The position numbers and the translations under genes are program-made. The notes below the pieces were generated by a model. It searched no databases. It was not told the DNA's origin and saw only the letters and a program-made list of their open reading frames with translations. A stretch of 64,000 bases of DNA from Syncephalis fuscata S228 (lineage: Eukaryota > Fungi > Zoopagomycota). Location of the stretch: positions 306,833 through 370,832 of the forward strand of contig JAHLTZ010000028.1 of the NCBI GenBank assembly GCA_025786725.1, read 5' to 3'. Positions 35,475 through 49,423 of this stretch are shown here, piece by piece (position 1 is the stretch's first letter; the number at the start of each line of letters is the position of its first letter).

Positions 35475-35891
35475 TGTAATTAGCTGCAGCAATAGTGTTA
35501 TTGAACAACAATAGTAGTTGTAGCAGTTGAGGCAGTTGAGGCAATAGAACAAGTCAGTAGTTGGTAATAGTAGGATGAAATGAGGCTGACGTCATTATTT
35601 ACACGTTAATTAGTATTTATCGATTAAATATGAATAGTAATGGTATTGCACACTTATTAATAAATAGTTAATCAGTACATTAATACACTGTCTATTGTTT
35701 AACATGATTCGAATGATGATTTAATTTTTAAAAGGAACAATAAGAATGAGAAATGATCATCGATGTCATAACAGGGATGTAATAGAGTGGGAGTGCGAGC
35801 AAGTAAGAGGCGGTGACAGACTATATTATCTCATTTAAAGTGCTGTTGTTATAAGCTAACTTAACAGAAAGAATATAACACTGACTAATGT

Positions 35892-37980
35892 TTAATTATC
35901 GGTCTTGCGTGACTTCTTACGATTACGGCGGCTCTTCTTATTCTCGTCCGATTCATTATCGCCATCGTTACCGAGATCTGAAGTAGATGTATCGCTTTCA
36001 CCAGACTTGCTAGACTTTTCCGTCACTGGCTTTGGTCGTGCCTGTGCCTAGATAACAATACAAAATGTAAGTATACTACACTAGTACTATAGTGCTAGTG
36101 ATAATAGTTACCGAGTTGGAGGCGGCGGATACGATGCCTAGAATGCCAAAGGCTAGTACAAATGCTACAGTAACAAGACCAGCTAGACCGGCCACGACCA
36201 TGGGGTGTGTTGTCACTGCTTCCAAAAAGTCTTCTTGAGCATGTTCATAGAACTTTTGGAAACTGCGACGGAAAGAAAGAATCCAGCGCTGGAAAGTGGA
36301 TTCATCTTCATCGGCCGCGTCTTCAGTTGGCATATCTGGTTCATTGGCCTTTTGCAATGCTTGTTCAATCTTATGCTTGACGGCCCAGGTTTCATCGGCA
36401 AATGCCTTTGCATCTTCGACGGAATGGCCAATGTAGATATTGTCGAATAAAATTTCATTCTGCATTGTCCACAGCTCAAAGCCAATAGCATCCTAAACAA
36501 ATAAATACACAAATAAATACACATTATTAGCACATATTATTATTAACTAAATAATCAATTAATTAATAATTACCATCTTTTCAAAGTTGGATGGGTGTTC
36601 ATCGTTAAAATAGTTGGGATTAGCAATCTTACGTGGCTTCCATTCTCCTTTGTATTCGGGATTATCAATCATAGGTGGATACCAAGGACCTTTATAGTCG
36701 GGATTGGCTACCATAGGTGCCTTCCATTGACCACATCCAGATACTTCTTCACATTTTGGATTACTAATGCTAGGGGCCACCCATTCACCGTCTTCTTCAT
36801 CGTCCCAATCCTCTGGCTTCTCGGCATCTGGATCTGGAATGGATAGTGGCTCCTTTTCAAGCCAATCTTCTGGCTTTTTGGCTTCTGGGTCAGGGATTTG
36901 GTAAGGTGCGTCTTCATCCCAGTCTTCGGGCTTCTTTGCCTCCGGATCTTCAATACGCTCCTCATCCACCCAGTCTTCTGGCTTCTTATCTTCAGGATCG
37001 TCGATTTCCTTGGGTGGATTGACAGCCGGTGTAAAGTCTTCAAGTAGACTGCCACTTGATACCTTTTCGTCATTAATGCGAATCTCAAAGGTGTTATCCG
37101 GTCTATATAATGGATTACAACGAATTAGTAGATTATATTAGAAATGTTATTGCACCTACCGAACAATAAGTGTATAAAGTGCCGACTCTTTAGTAATACG
37201 GGCCATAGGCGTCGTCTTAAGATGCTTCTCTTCGTATTCACCAGTTTTTGGGTTCTTGTGACGGAAAATAAAATGAACTTTATTTGTTGATCCACACTTG
37301 TCCGGCCCAAACATAATTGTGTATGGCGTCTTGTCATCAAACTTTTCCGGATCGAATTTGCCATCCTTTTGATGTGTTAGTAATTTAAGATAGGCACCGC
37401 CACATTCAACTGGATTTTGCATCTTGACTTCATATCTAAACAATTATACATGATATCGTGTGATTTAACATTGCACTAAATAAATAAACAGCTGATTACT
37501 TACTGCAATACCAATGTATTATCAGTATTGTCAAAAGGCTTGGTAAACTTCGATACCAATGCATGATGCTTGGCCACCGACTTTAGTACCAAACCTTTAT
37601 CTCCTTTAATGGCTGGCAGTTCGGTGGGCTCTTCAACAGCCCATTCGCCATCAAAACGGAATACGGTGGCCTCTTTGTCGTCTGCGCTGGCATCTTGCAT
37701 CTGCTTTGTAGCTTTGCTATATGACCAGCGAGTTTCCCAATCATCGGTAAATTGTTCAATAAAGTCGGCATAATGCTTGTGGCCTATACATTGCATACGA
37801 TTTCACGAAAAGGAGAGCAAAAAGATAGAAAATAAAACGAATATTAGCGACACTGTGCATTCTAGCCATCTAGCTCGGTGACGTGTCTTCTACCTTAAAA
37901 TCAGGCTTCTCCACCTCGACCGCCTCTTTGGCCAGTACACCCGCCAAGAACAAAACGATTAATGCAGTACGCGACAACAT
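35892..37980 (-). CDS. CNE1: Calnexin
   Basis: Signal peptide [41 protein letters not shown]-domain KKPEDWDE repeats, [20 protein letters not shown]-terminal TM and basic tail. Confidence 0.96.
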
Positions 37981-38383
37981 TGTCCACCAGCAATGGTTAG
38001 TTATTGATTAGTATGAAGCGAGCAAAAGGAATGCAATAAGGGTGAATTTGCACCAGTTTGAGGCGCTTGCGTCGTTTCTTTAAAATACGCTGAGTGTGTT
38101 GTCGTATTTTGATTGGTGGACTGTGCATCTCAATTCAAGTCTGCCTATTTTGATTCATACCAGGCTAGCACAGGCATGATCCATAGATAGGATGAATAGC
38201 CAGACCTTATAATAATATGTAGCTAAAATTTATTAATGGTTTGCTTTGATTAATATAGCAAGTCATAATCAATGGATAATACTGTAATGTTTTTAATTAA
38301 TTTATTAAAAAGCTATAGAGAACAAGCTATTAGCAGTGCTTTATAATTTATTAATGCAACTATTATGTTTTACTATCTAATAT

Positions 38384-39016
38384 TATTGATTTTTATTTAT
38401 CCATTTCACCCCTCAACACGTTTAAATACAATTAAACATGCACTCATCACTATAACATGTATAATATTACATCCAATATTGATTAACTCATTTGTAATTA
38501 TCGATACAATAATGCAATTAAATATGCACATTACGGTATTAGTTGAAGTTGAAATAACATTTAATTTAATAAAAGGCTTTTTACACTGAATTGTTAAATA
38601 TTTTTGTTGAAATAGTCTACACGTATAAAAAGAATAAAATAGTTGCTATTATTAAATATAACTATTATAATATGCAAATGTGGTTCAAGTAAACAGAAAC
38701 AAGATAGAAAAGAAATAGATCACAACAGTTTGGTGTGCAGTATGACAAACAGGTAACAGAAGTAATGAGGAATGACATGGAATCGCGGTCATATGGCTTC
38801 TATTAATATTCGATCAATCTTTCTACACATGGCCAACAACAATAATAATCGGCCTCAAATGTTTCAAAGAAATTAAATAGTATGTTACATTGTTTATTTA
38901 AATTAATTTATTAGCAATATTTTAATAGGAAGTAATATAACTATGCTGTGCATCATAACGGCATGATCCTGATTAAAACAAATTGTACTCTAAGGACAGA
39001 TGTGGGAGTCAAAGTA
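38384..39016. mobile_element. Degenerate partial relative of the 3336-5538 element
   Basis: ~38390-38480 matches ~4932-5022; 38771-38902 matches part of the TIR; ends with the same terminus GGGAGTCAAAG-TA (39004-39016). Confidence 0.65.
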
Positions 39017-40212
39017 CAGTTCAACCTAATTTGATGTTTAATAAACAAGCTTATATATGTTTTAAAGTATTAATATTTCAGCATAATAGCTATTAATATT
39101 TACTATTAAATGTAGCTGTTCAAGCGAATGTTCAAGGCTGTAGCCATTATGACTCCATTATTAACACTAGTGGATAATTTGTTAAATCACGTGGTAATTA
39201 ATGGAAAAAAGATAAAAGAAAATATTTAACAGTGCACCATTTAGCAACTTACAAAGGAACAACTAGAAAGAGTTATCACTCCAATACTTAATCGTAGTCT
39301 AACCAATGATTAATTGGTATTTGAATGTTAAAAGATTAATGAATTAATAAATCAATACGAATGTAATTGTTTAAACAGCTAGTATCTATTATCAAGTAGT
39401 GTGTCATGAGTTATATGCAAATAATATATTGTAGTTTGATATATATCTTTGATTTACAGTAGTTTCAAAATCATTGTTAGTTATAAAGTATTAGTAAGCG
39501 GCCGGAGTTACGTCAAGCGAATGGTGCTTTGAACGGAGTGTAATCTGTCCGATGATAATCCTGTATTGTACCAATAAGACTGGTTCACGTGAAGGTTATT
39601 ACTGGGTTGGATACATACCAAAAATATAATTGAATAAAGTTGCTATTTATCAGCTATTTTTTGTTTATTTGTATAGGAGTGCAATGGGATATATAATGAT
39701 GCAAATTATTGTCTACATAAGCTAGTATCCACACAGTTCAGCTGATGATTGATCAACTTGATTATGCCATAGAGCCAAGCTGGCTACATTATCAGACAGA
39801 ACAGTACAGGTTTAGATGCAACAAACGTGATGCTTTGATGTTATCAAAAATTACCTGATGAATTATTGGTTGCTATATCGACAACGCACGAGTGCGGCTC
39901 CAGTGTTTAGAATAGCTTTTGTAAACCGACTTTTCTCGCAACCTATTCCAATTATAGAAGCATAATACAGTCTTTGCCTTGGACGATAACATTCTATACC
40001 AGCTGTATCATCTGTTCCACAGTCCTCTTTGATATCTATCATAACTGGCCTATTTTGGAAAAATTCTTATACACACGACCGCATCATGCTATAAAATTGC
40101 AATTATTTAATTGATACGCACTGTTCTCATCTCTTTTTATTGTTTAGTATTACGCAGTTGTTTTATTTTTTATCGCTTAGTAGTCGATTATCCAACGTGT
40201 GTTCTAGTTATC

Positions 40213-41638
40213 ATGGCTACGGCTACGGTTAGCCCCTCTGCTGCCGGCTCTATTACTGTAGACTACAAAAATCTGCGCTATCAATGGATCAATGTGATCT
40301 TTTTTACTGTAACTACCATCGTAGCCATATACTCTTTGTTTATGGTTCCGATGCAGTGGAAGACTATGGCATTTGCCGCATCTTTGTTTATATTGGGATG
40401 TCTTAGTATTACTGCTGGTAGGCCCTAGATAAATAATTAAATGAAATAAACACTTGTAAACTAACATATAGTATCCATTCCATCTAAAGGATATCATCGG
40501 CATTGGTCACACCGTGCTTATGAGGCTACCTGGCCGCTCCGGCTTTTCCTAGCGTTGGGTGGGGCCTGTGCTTTTCAAGGTTCCGCTCTGTGGTGGTGCC
40601 GCCATCACCGTGCTCACCATCGATGGACCGACAGCGAACATGATCCATACGGCGCACAAAAGGGCCTTTTCTGGTCGCATATTGGTTGGCTATTGTACGA
40701 AAACGACCCAGCTCTTGCTAAGACGGAGAAAAAAAAGCGCCCACGTGTATATGTTGATGATCTTGAACAAGACCCTATTTTGGCTTGGCAACACCGTAAT
40801 TTTGTTTGGCTTGCACCTAGCATGGCTCTTGTTTTCCCTACAGTAGTGGCAGGTCTTTGCTGGGGCGATTGGATGGTAAATACTTGATTTTTATCACTAT
40901 TGTTTAACTTATATATATATATATATTGTCAACAGGGCGGCTATCTTCATGCAGGTATTCTCCGCATGGTTGCTACCCACCACGTTACTTTCTGTGTCAA
41001 TAGTCTGGCTCACTACTTGGGCGAAACGTCCTACGAGGATGAACAAACACCACGCGACCATTACATCACAGCACTTATTACATTCGGCGAAGGCTACCAC
41101 AATTTCCATCATACCTTCCCCCGTGACTATCGCAATGCTGTACGCTGGTGGCAATACGATCCTACCAAGTGGTTCATCTGGTCTTGCAGCAAGGTTGGAC
41201 TGGCCTATGGATTACGCCGTTTTCCTGAAAATGAAGTGCAAAAGGCTCGAGTAATTATATCTGCTAAACGACTAGAAGACGAGAAACGTAAAGTAGACTG
41301 GGGACTTCATGGCGATGCATTGCCAAAGTATACTATGGAAGAATGTAAGTATTTTATTAAACAAACATAACTATAGGCCATAACACTAATGCATACAATA
41401 TAACGTAGTTTCTCGTGTCTGTGAAGATGATAAACGCTGGTGGACCATCGTTGATGGTGACATCTACGATTTGGCTCCGTTTGCCGATGAGCATCCAGGT
41501 GGTATGACGTTTATGCGTACTGCACGGGGACGTGATGTCAGCGATGCTTTTAACGGTGGTGTTCATCGCCACCGTGATGTAGCACGACGCATGCTCGATT
41601 CGCTTCGTGTGGCTACTATTGTCAAGTCCAATTCATAA
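40213..41638 (+). CDS. OLE1: Delta-9 acyl-CoA desaturase with C-terminal cytochrome b5 (paralog A)
   Basis: ITAG|YHRHWSH, HHRAHHRWTD, FCVNSLAH, GEGYHNFHH, DYRNA, YDPTKW, b5 HPGG. Confidence 0.93.
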
Positions 41639-41825
41639 ATTGGTGCCATTGCTATAATTCAGCTTTACTATCGTTTCTCATCAGTCAGTCGTTATTAGTG
41701 TATTTGCCTTGCCATTAATGTCTCAAATAAAGCAAATATTACACAAAGCATGTCATTTAATTTAAATTTACAACACAATAATAATATAATTAACAATGCC
41801 ATTTAGTAAATATGTGTACGTAGAA

Positions 41826-42239
41826 TTAGAGAACCTTTGGTGCCAATGCTACCACTTTTGGCCAGCCTTTCTCTCGCACCTCTGCGGCAACTAGACCAAG
41901 TACACGAGTGCCCAGTGGCTGACCACCCTTATCGACAAGTACACAAGCATTATCGTCAAAGCGCACCACGCGTCCGTCAGCCCGTTGCATCTCCTTTCTT
42001 GTTCGGACAATAACCGCCCGACGTACATCTCCTTTGCGTAGCTTCTGGGCATTACCCGAAGCAGAGGCACCAGTGCCTACTTTGCTAGTAGCTTGGCTGA
42101 TTGGGCGAGCTCGTCGGACCGCAACCACAATCTCGTCGCCAGTACGTGCAAAACGCGCATTACGCAGCACTTTAATGCATTCTACCAGCACTGCGCCCGA
42201 GTTGTCAATCACATTCAATACTGATTTTAGCTGAATCAT
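41826..42239 (-). CDS. MRPL38: Mitochondrial ribosomal protein uL14m (yeast Mrpl38), intronless
   Basis: MIQLKSVLNVIDNSGA...GDEIVVAV...RAVIVRT...DGRVVRFDDNACVL...GTRV. Confidence 0.92.
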   Translation of the reverse strand: MIQLKSVLNVIDNSGAVLVECIKVLRNARFARTGDEIVVAVRRARPISQATSKVGTGASASGNAQKLRKGDVRRAVIVRTRKEMQRADGRVVRFDDNACVLVDKGGQPLGTRVLGLVAAEVREKGWPKVVALAPKVL

Positions 42240-43875
42240 GGTGCGGTAAAGAAAAAGTCAAAAGATCAGATCTATTGCACTTGGGGCTCTCACATTTTTA
42301 TTGGTGAATTTTTAAAAATGTCATTTTTGAAAAAAAATAAAGATTCTCCATAACAAATTACGATTTGTTAAAAGATTATAAATAAAAATAATTAGATTAT
42401 TAAATTATTAATTTTTTTATTAAAAACATCTACCATAATGTCTACTGAACTATTTAAAGAACTATATTTAACAGTGCTGAAAAACTGAAAGTTGTCATTA
42501 ACGAGTTTAAGCTTATTGGTAATTGTAGTTTTAAAAGAAAAATAAAGATTAAAAGAAATCATCTTATTTGCCTTCATAAAAATAATTTCAGCAACAAATT
42601 TCAGCTTATCTTGACTGTCAGAAAGCAGAAAACTGGCCTAGTAAAGATTAACCAGTGCAATATTAAACATTTTGATGATTGTTCATATGATTCTGGTAAT
42701 AATACTATTAAATATATTACTAAATATATTACAAATGCCGTTGTTACATTCTCAAACGTAAAACCAAAAGATATACAAATAAAAGTATTAAATGCATATT
42801 TAATTATTTAATATCCACAAACAATTGTAATAGCTCAACAGATGCTATTTTTTATTACAAAATTTGGACTGTTTTGGATTCAATAAAAAAGAATTACATT
42901 GCTGCTAAAACAGTAATAAAATTATGTAACTTTGACCAAGTAATTAAAGGAGGAAAAGAAACGGAAATAGTAGCTTAATTAGATGTTTTAATATCAATTT
43001 AATAATAAAAATATTGTTTGCATCAATGACTTTAACTTATAACAATAGCTCAAATTAGCATATTTATAATAAAAGTTGTGATTGTATAAATCCTGATAAT
43101 AAACTAAATGAATTGGATTATAAAAGTTAGCTTTATTACTATTCAAGTAACAATATTGTGCATTTATAATATTATTGAATAATAAAGCCACAAAGCTAAA
43201 AATCCCTGATGGGAAAAAGTTAATCTCAATAAATAAAACAAATTGTAATTTAAAATTTTGCTTATTTACATAATTTAGTTAATTGTAGCAATATTAGCAG
43301 TAATACCAATCGTGTTTTATTTGTTAAAAGGCTTTCAACAATATACTTGTAGCAAATGCAACTAAAAAATACAATACAAAAATATGTTCTTAAAAATTAG
43401 CACTAATAATATTGAACTAATAGTTAATGTTGAAATAAACGTTTTTATTTTTCAATAAAAACAAACTGCTAATGAAATAGCTATCAAAGAAAAAGGACGT
43501 GTCATTAAAGAGTATTTAATTTGTGCTGAATGTCATTACAAAAAAAATGAAGTGTGGGGCAAACAAAAAATGATTTAATTATTTAGTTATCTTTATTATT
43601 GCTTTAATATATATCGTCATTTATGATATTAATTGCCCAAATGTCATCTATTTGGTCAGATTGGCTATAGAGAACTTGCTGCTGAAGTCCAAATAAACAA
43701 TTCAATATGGCCACAATCCAATATATGTCTTATTGCTCATACTTTGACAGGTTCTTTAAGTGTAACACACGTGTTAATAAGTTTAAGTCATTGTGAGTCA
43801 ATAGAGTTCATACTTATTCCTAAGCAATAGTGCGGCGTCTTTTATGGAATGTTGTTCATTTACCTACCTATAGTC

Positions 43876-45015
43876 ATGTCTTCAGTAAAAGAGTTTGCTA
43901 CAAAAAGTGGAGGAGAGCGTATATTACGGCGAGCCAATCCGGCGCAGATTAGAGTGAGCTGGGAGAATGTGGTTCAGCAATGGGGACAAGGCGTTACTCG
44001 CGAGCAATTTCTAGAACGCGAGCAGCTACTAAGTCAACAGCCTGGATTTAGTGGAGATAAGATGGGTATTTGGCTACTTGTCCCGGCCTCTGACCCAGAA
44101 ACACTTGAGCCACTCGCTCAGTGTGAAACATTTGATCGGTCTGGCGTTTTGGCAATACCAGGTGACAATGGTGCATCGCCCACTGTAAAAGAGGTGCGAT
44201 GCTGGAGTATTGCTGGCGTATTTACTTCAGAAAAATTCCGACATCGTGGCTATGCGTCGGAATTAATGGCGTTGCTACGACAGAAAGCCGAGGAAACTGG
44301 CATTGTGCTATCAACACTTGTATCTGATGTGGGCCCACATTTCTATGCACGATTTGGTTGGCAGGTGTATCCCAGTCTTGAAATTGCTTTCCCAGCTACT
44401 ACACCTGCCATCACCAAAATGCTAGACCAATCAAATGTTATTGAGCTATTTGAAAACGACTTTGCCAAGTTTGCCGCGGCAGAAGCTAGCGAGATGCAAG
44501 CCAAAGCCATTGCTCTAATAAAACAAAGTGATGATCAACGTCCAGTGGCCTTCATCACACCGAGCGAAGCAAATTATAAATGGCACTGGGCCCGCACCAG
44601 CTTTTACGCGCAGATCAGCAATATGAGTCCTGTACCTAAAGTAGTGGGAGCGGCAGTTAATGATCCGGCAGTTGATCCGGCTCGCAATCATATCATCTGG
44701 AGCCACGATGTGCCCAAGAAGACAACACGCGTTTTACGATTCTGCTGTGAAACATTGGAGATTGGACAATTACTAATAGCGGCAGCACAACGTGAGGCAC
44801 ATCATTTGAATTTAGATCAAGTGATTTTATGGCTAAGCGAGGAAGATAGCCAAGAAACTAGTGTGCTACGTCAACTACCATGTGGTCAAGTATCTGAACG
44901 TGATGGCTGTCTACCTTCAATGGCTTGGTTTGACGATCCATCGGCCTTGCAGCTAGACGCTACTACAAAACTCAAGCCACGATGGATAGCCTGTGAACGA
45001 TACACTTGGACCTAG
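43876..45015 (+). CDS. GNAT-family acetyltransferase (LYC1-like), intronless
   Basis: IAGVFTSEKFRHRGYASELM (acetyl-CoA motif A) and STLVSDVGPHFYARFGW (motif B). Confidence 0.8.
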   Translation: MSSVKEFATKSGGERILRRANPAQIRVSWENVVQQWGQGVTREQFLEREQLLSQQPGFSGDKMGIWLLVPASDPETLEPLAQCETFDRSGVLAIPGDNGASPTVKEVRCWSIAGVFTSEKFRHRGYASELMALLRQKAEETGIVLSTLVSDVGPHFYARFGWQVYPSLEIAFPATTPAITKMLDQSNVIELFENDFAKFAAAEASEMQAKAIALIKQSDDQRPVAFITPSEANYKWHWARTSFYAQISNMSPVPKVVGAAVNDPAVDPARNHIIWSHDVPKKTTRVLRFCCETLEIGQLLIAAAQREAHHLNLDQVILWLSEEDSQETSVLRQLPCGQVSERDGCLPSMAWFDDPSALQLDATTKLKPRWIACERYTWT

Positions 45016-45100
45016 TCTTTTAAAGCTATTTTGGCTAAAATAAAACAATTTATACACTAAAATGAGTGTAGCAAGCTAATATTTATTAACAACAACTTCT

Positions 45101-46708
45101 TTATTTATTACTACCAGCGTCTAAAGTCTCACGTGTTTCTGTATAGATAGCGTTCACCATAGCATTCGGTGATATTTCTAACAATCCTTTGTTCTTTCGA
45201 TACGCTTTTGAATCACCTACAGAAATACCAAAAAACTGACTACTACACCGGCTTGCGATTTTAGCATTGTTTTGGATTGAATATCCCGAAACCATTCGTT
45301 TTGCATTGAGAATCTTTAATGCTTGTTTAAGTTGACTACACAGCTGTTTTTCTTTAGTATAATTTGCGTAAAGCTGATACATCACAGGCCCATCACCGCC
45401 AAAAATACTGGCAATTATTTCGTCTTGTTGATTACGAATCATAATGGATGAAATGGCGTATTTTGCCTCATCGTTAGTTGCTTTAATGTCTTTTAGAGCA
45501 AAGAATGGTGTTAGTCCCCCATGGGTGAATACAGTATCGCCAACTCGTTGCACAATAGGTAGACTATATAGACGTTTTTCTATTTCACCAATTTCTATAG
45601 ATGTATTGTCACTAAACGATACAATGTGGCGTGGTTCTGATGGATCATCTATATAGTTTTTACGATTAATTAATCGCATAATTTCTTGATCTCCCAGTAA
45701 TTGAATAACCTGATTGCCGATATCACACTAATTAGTACAATGTTGATTGGTTTTATTTATTACTTACTCGGCCACCTTTTTCATTTGCTTGTTTAACAAG
45801 TCTTGCAAAAAATCTTAATAAATCGTCAGAGTTTGGTCCATTCCCAATTACATTTCCCTGCGTGTTTTGTTAAATAATGATAGCTTTAAATATATTACTT
45901 ACTGTTGTACCAATACAGTATTGGATCCACCAGACCAGTCACCTTCATTGTCAATAATTTTAGCTTCTCGTAATATAGCTAGAGCATTATCCATATCACC
46001 ACGTAAATCCCCTAAGGCAAATACACGACGCTGTGCCAGTTCTGATGCTTTTTTAAATTCTTTGCTGTCTGGATCATCCCAGGTTGGATTATGAAATGCC
46101 AAATTAGCAAAAGGTTTGCAGTAGCTAGAAAACAGTGCACTATTGCCGCGTCTTATGCCTCCATCATCTCCAATAAGCATGGAAAGACCATCATCTTCTA
46201 TTTCGTAAGTAGCACCAATAAAATCTGTGGTTTTTGCCAGTAAATGTGCTGGGATATAGCGCTGGTAGCCGTTAAAGATGATCGGTGCTGCGTCATAGGC
46301 ATACGGAAAATGGGATCGCCATTGTAGTTTATCTTCTTTGATGCCTACATCTAGGTTCAGTTTGGCCAAATACTTCCATATTCTTAAATCAGTGGCCAGT
46401 TGACATAATTTTTGTTTTGCATGATTGCAGTTAACTTGGTTAGGCAGTTCATGAAGTTGTCCGATCGTTTTGGAGATTACTAGTGCTTGGCCAAATTTTG
46501 TTTTATATAAATGTTTTTGAATGTCTTGACCATCGCAGCCAATGTAGTATCCCACTAGAGTATTAGCAACATATGGTTTTTGTACTCGAGCGGATGGAAA
46601 ATTAGCTACTCTTTGCGGTGGTATAATGGTTTGGTCAGTTTTAGCACCAAGTACCAGACAAAGTGTTAATAAATGAAAGAAGCAGTATATCAGCATGATT
46701 ATACGCAT
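45101..46708 (-). CDS. Secreted protein with degenerate calcineurin-like (Shewanella-like) metallophosphoesterase domain, 3 exons
   Basis: Signal peptide MRIIMLIYCFFHLLTLCLVLGA, then VFALGDLRGD, WSGGSNTVLVQ|GNVIGNGP, GGR|VIQLLGDQEIM, VFTHGG, DGPVMY, LKILNAKRMVSGYSIQ, ISVG in SLP-family order. One apparent 1-nt deletion at the exon 1 end. Confidence 0.75.
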
Positions 46709-48090
46709 TGTTTTATAGCTAATTATTACGCACTACTTGCTATCAATACCAATGAGTATTGTGAGAAACGTGAAAAATGAAAAAGACAATGTAGCTGAAC
46801 GTTTAAGATGGCACTATATAATGTACTGAAAATAGAAATCGCCATGTGCTATTGTGACTGATTACTCCGCCCATTTATTTTGTTCCGTTTTAGTATCAAA
46901 TAGATGTTGAATCCACGCTGTTTACCAATTAAGGCAATAAAAACTCAATTTATTTATTTTGATTAGTGCAATGCTATTCTACATAGCAATGTCAGTTTAG
47001 CATAGGCCAAATCAGTCAACATGTTGGAACAATGTTGTACATGATACTATGATTGAATTTACTAGTGTTAATCATGTAATAGTAAAATAATTTATACTAT
47101 CAGCCTGGTATTTGTTATATAAAACTATTTCAAAAAAGTAGACTAAAATAACTAAATGAAGCACAGTATTAGCAGACTACGCCTATTTTTTTTTACTATT
47201 TATTAGTTAAGGCGTTGTTTTATTACAGACTTGTAGTGATGCAATACTCTGTTTATTAACTCAACTATTTATGTATTATTCCGCAAAATAAACAATCTTT
47301 GTTTTATTAATCGCAAGTTTTTCATCAATGGCAGTGACTACAAAGCTTATCTAAAATTGACGCTGACGACAATGCGTCAAGCAAGTTTGCGTTGTAATCT
47401 ATAAAAGCTAAGGCATTCGGCACAAAAGAACCCGCACATACCATTGACATTATTAGAATTAGGCCCACTGATACCATCTACTGTTGCACAAACCATCATA
47501 CAAGCTATTGATGCCGACCTATAATAGCTTCTATAACAACCATCCAATGAAATTGACCCCAACGAATGGGGAAGCATTTATGACTATTGCTGGTATTATC
47601 GGTGATAACTGCTAGTTTTTAATTCTGCATCTGGGTAAGGTAAAAAGTAAGGAGTCTGAATTTGTGTGATAGTATAGTGGTTCTAGCAGAAGGTCGCAGC
47701 ACACTTGTCACCCATCATCGGTCCGCCAAATAATTCAATCCATGTGAACAATAGCGCAATGCAAGTGTATGAGTAAAATCAATATTTTCTGTAGATTGTT
47801 GTTTTTTATTGGACAGTATTTTATTTATCGGCATTTAACCTTCCGATATAATACCCCAATTTATTCGGATCGTTATTTGATTGATCTGATTGCCACAAAG
47901 TGAGCAGCTAGTGAGTGGGTAAATAGCCGGAGTTTTCCATTGTACTATAGCGAATGCATTGTGCCCCAACGGCCTAGATCTATCTAAACCACTTAGCTTA
48001 TAAAAGTGACACAGTGTGTAGATAGCGCCATTGATTGTCGCCATATTAGTTGATAGTACATTACATTTGTTGTTTAATTTACGAGATATT

Positions 48091-49423
48091 ATGCCGTCCA
48101 CTGCCATGCCTTCTGTTCCAGCAGAACTTGCTGATGTACCAAAAGTTGGAACTACAACTAATGTAAACTACAAGAATCTTCGTGTCAACTGGCCACAAGC
48201 AGGCTTGCTTTTGCTGTCGCCGCTAATTTCCTTGTATGCTATCTTTGCTATACCTATTACGCGACCAACCTTGATTTGGACAATACTTTACTATTTTGTC
48301 ACTGGACTGAGCATTACAGCCGGTAAGTGATCCGAAACACGCATATATATATAAATAAACTAATCCAGCAACAAATCAGGCTATCATCGACTATGGTCTC
48401 ATCGCGCCTATGATGGCCGAACTCCGCTAAAGATAATTTTTGCCTTAGGGGGTGCCGGCTCATTTCAAGGATCAATCCGCTGGTGGTCGCGCGGCCATCG
48501 TGCACACCATCGCCACACAGATACGGATAAAGATCCATATGGTGCTCATCGTGGATTCTTTTGGGCGCATATTGGTTGGCTGCTTTTCCATCCAAAAGAC
48601 AAGCTTGGCTATGCCGATGTACGGGATTTGGAGGCAGAGCCGGTTGTTGCATGGCAGCACAGACACTACAAATGGCTGGCACCGTTCATGTCCTTTGTAT
48701 TCCCCACTCTAGTTGCTGGATTTGGCTGGGGCGATTGGATGGTAAGACTATAGTTTTGTATGCCAAAACAAATGCTCATCTATCTATTAATAGGGTGGAT
48801 ATTTCTACGCAGGTATTTTGCGTTTGGTAATTGTACACCACGCCACGTTCTGTGTCAACAGTCTTGCACATTGGTTAGGCCATCAAAACTATGACGATCT
48901 TAACACGCCACGCGATCATATTGTTACTGCACTCGTTACATTTGGCGAAGGCTATCACAACTTCCATCATGAATTTCCTCGTGACTATCGCAATGCCATT
49001 GGTTGGTGGCAATACGATCCTACTAAATGGCTTATACGCATATGTTCCTGGATAAAGTTGGCGTATGGCCTGCGTCGTTTTTCACATAATGAAATTCGTA
49101 AAGGCCGAGTAATGATGCAGGAAAAGGCGGTCATTGAGACGAAGAAAACGATTTCATGGGGCACTGCCGCCGAGGATCTGCCCACCTATTCGTGGAGCGA
49201 GTTTCAACGCGAATGTCGTGAAAATGGCCATATGTGGATGGTAATTGATAGCTTTATACTCGATTTCGCCAGCTTTATTCCAGATCATCCGGGTGGCGAG
49301 CAAATAATCCGTAGTTGGCGTGGCAAAGATGCAACCAATGCCTTTAACGGCGGCGTACATATGCATCGAAGAGCTGCACGTAACCTAATTAGTGCCATGC
49401 GTGTGGGTGTTATTGTGTCTTAA
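48091..49423 (+). CDS. OLE1: Delta-9 acyl-CoA desaturase with C-terminal cytochrome b5 (paralog B)
   Basis: ITAG|YHRLWSH, GHRAHHRHTD, HHATFCVNSLAH, GEGYHNFHH, b5 DHPGG; first two introns at the same positions as paralog A. Confidence 0.93.
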
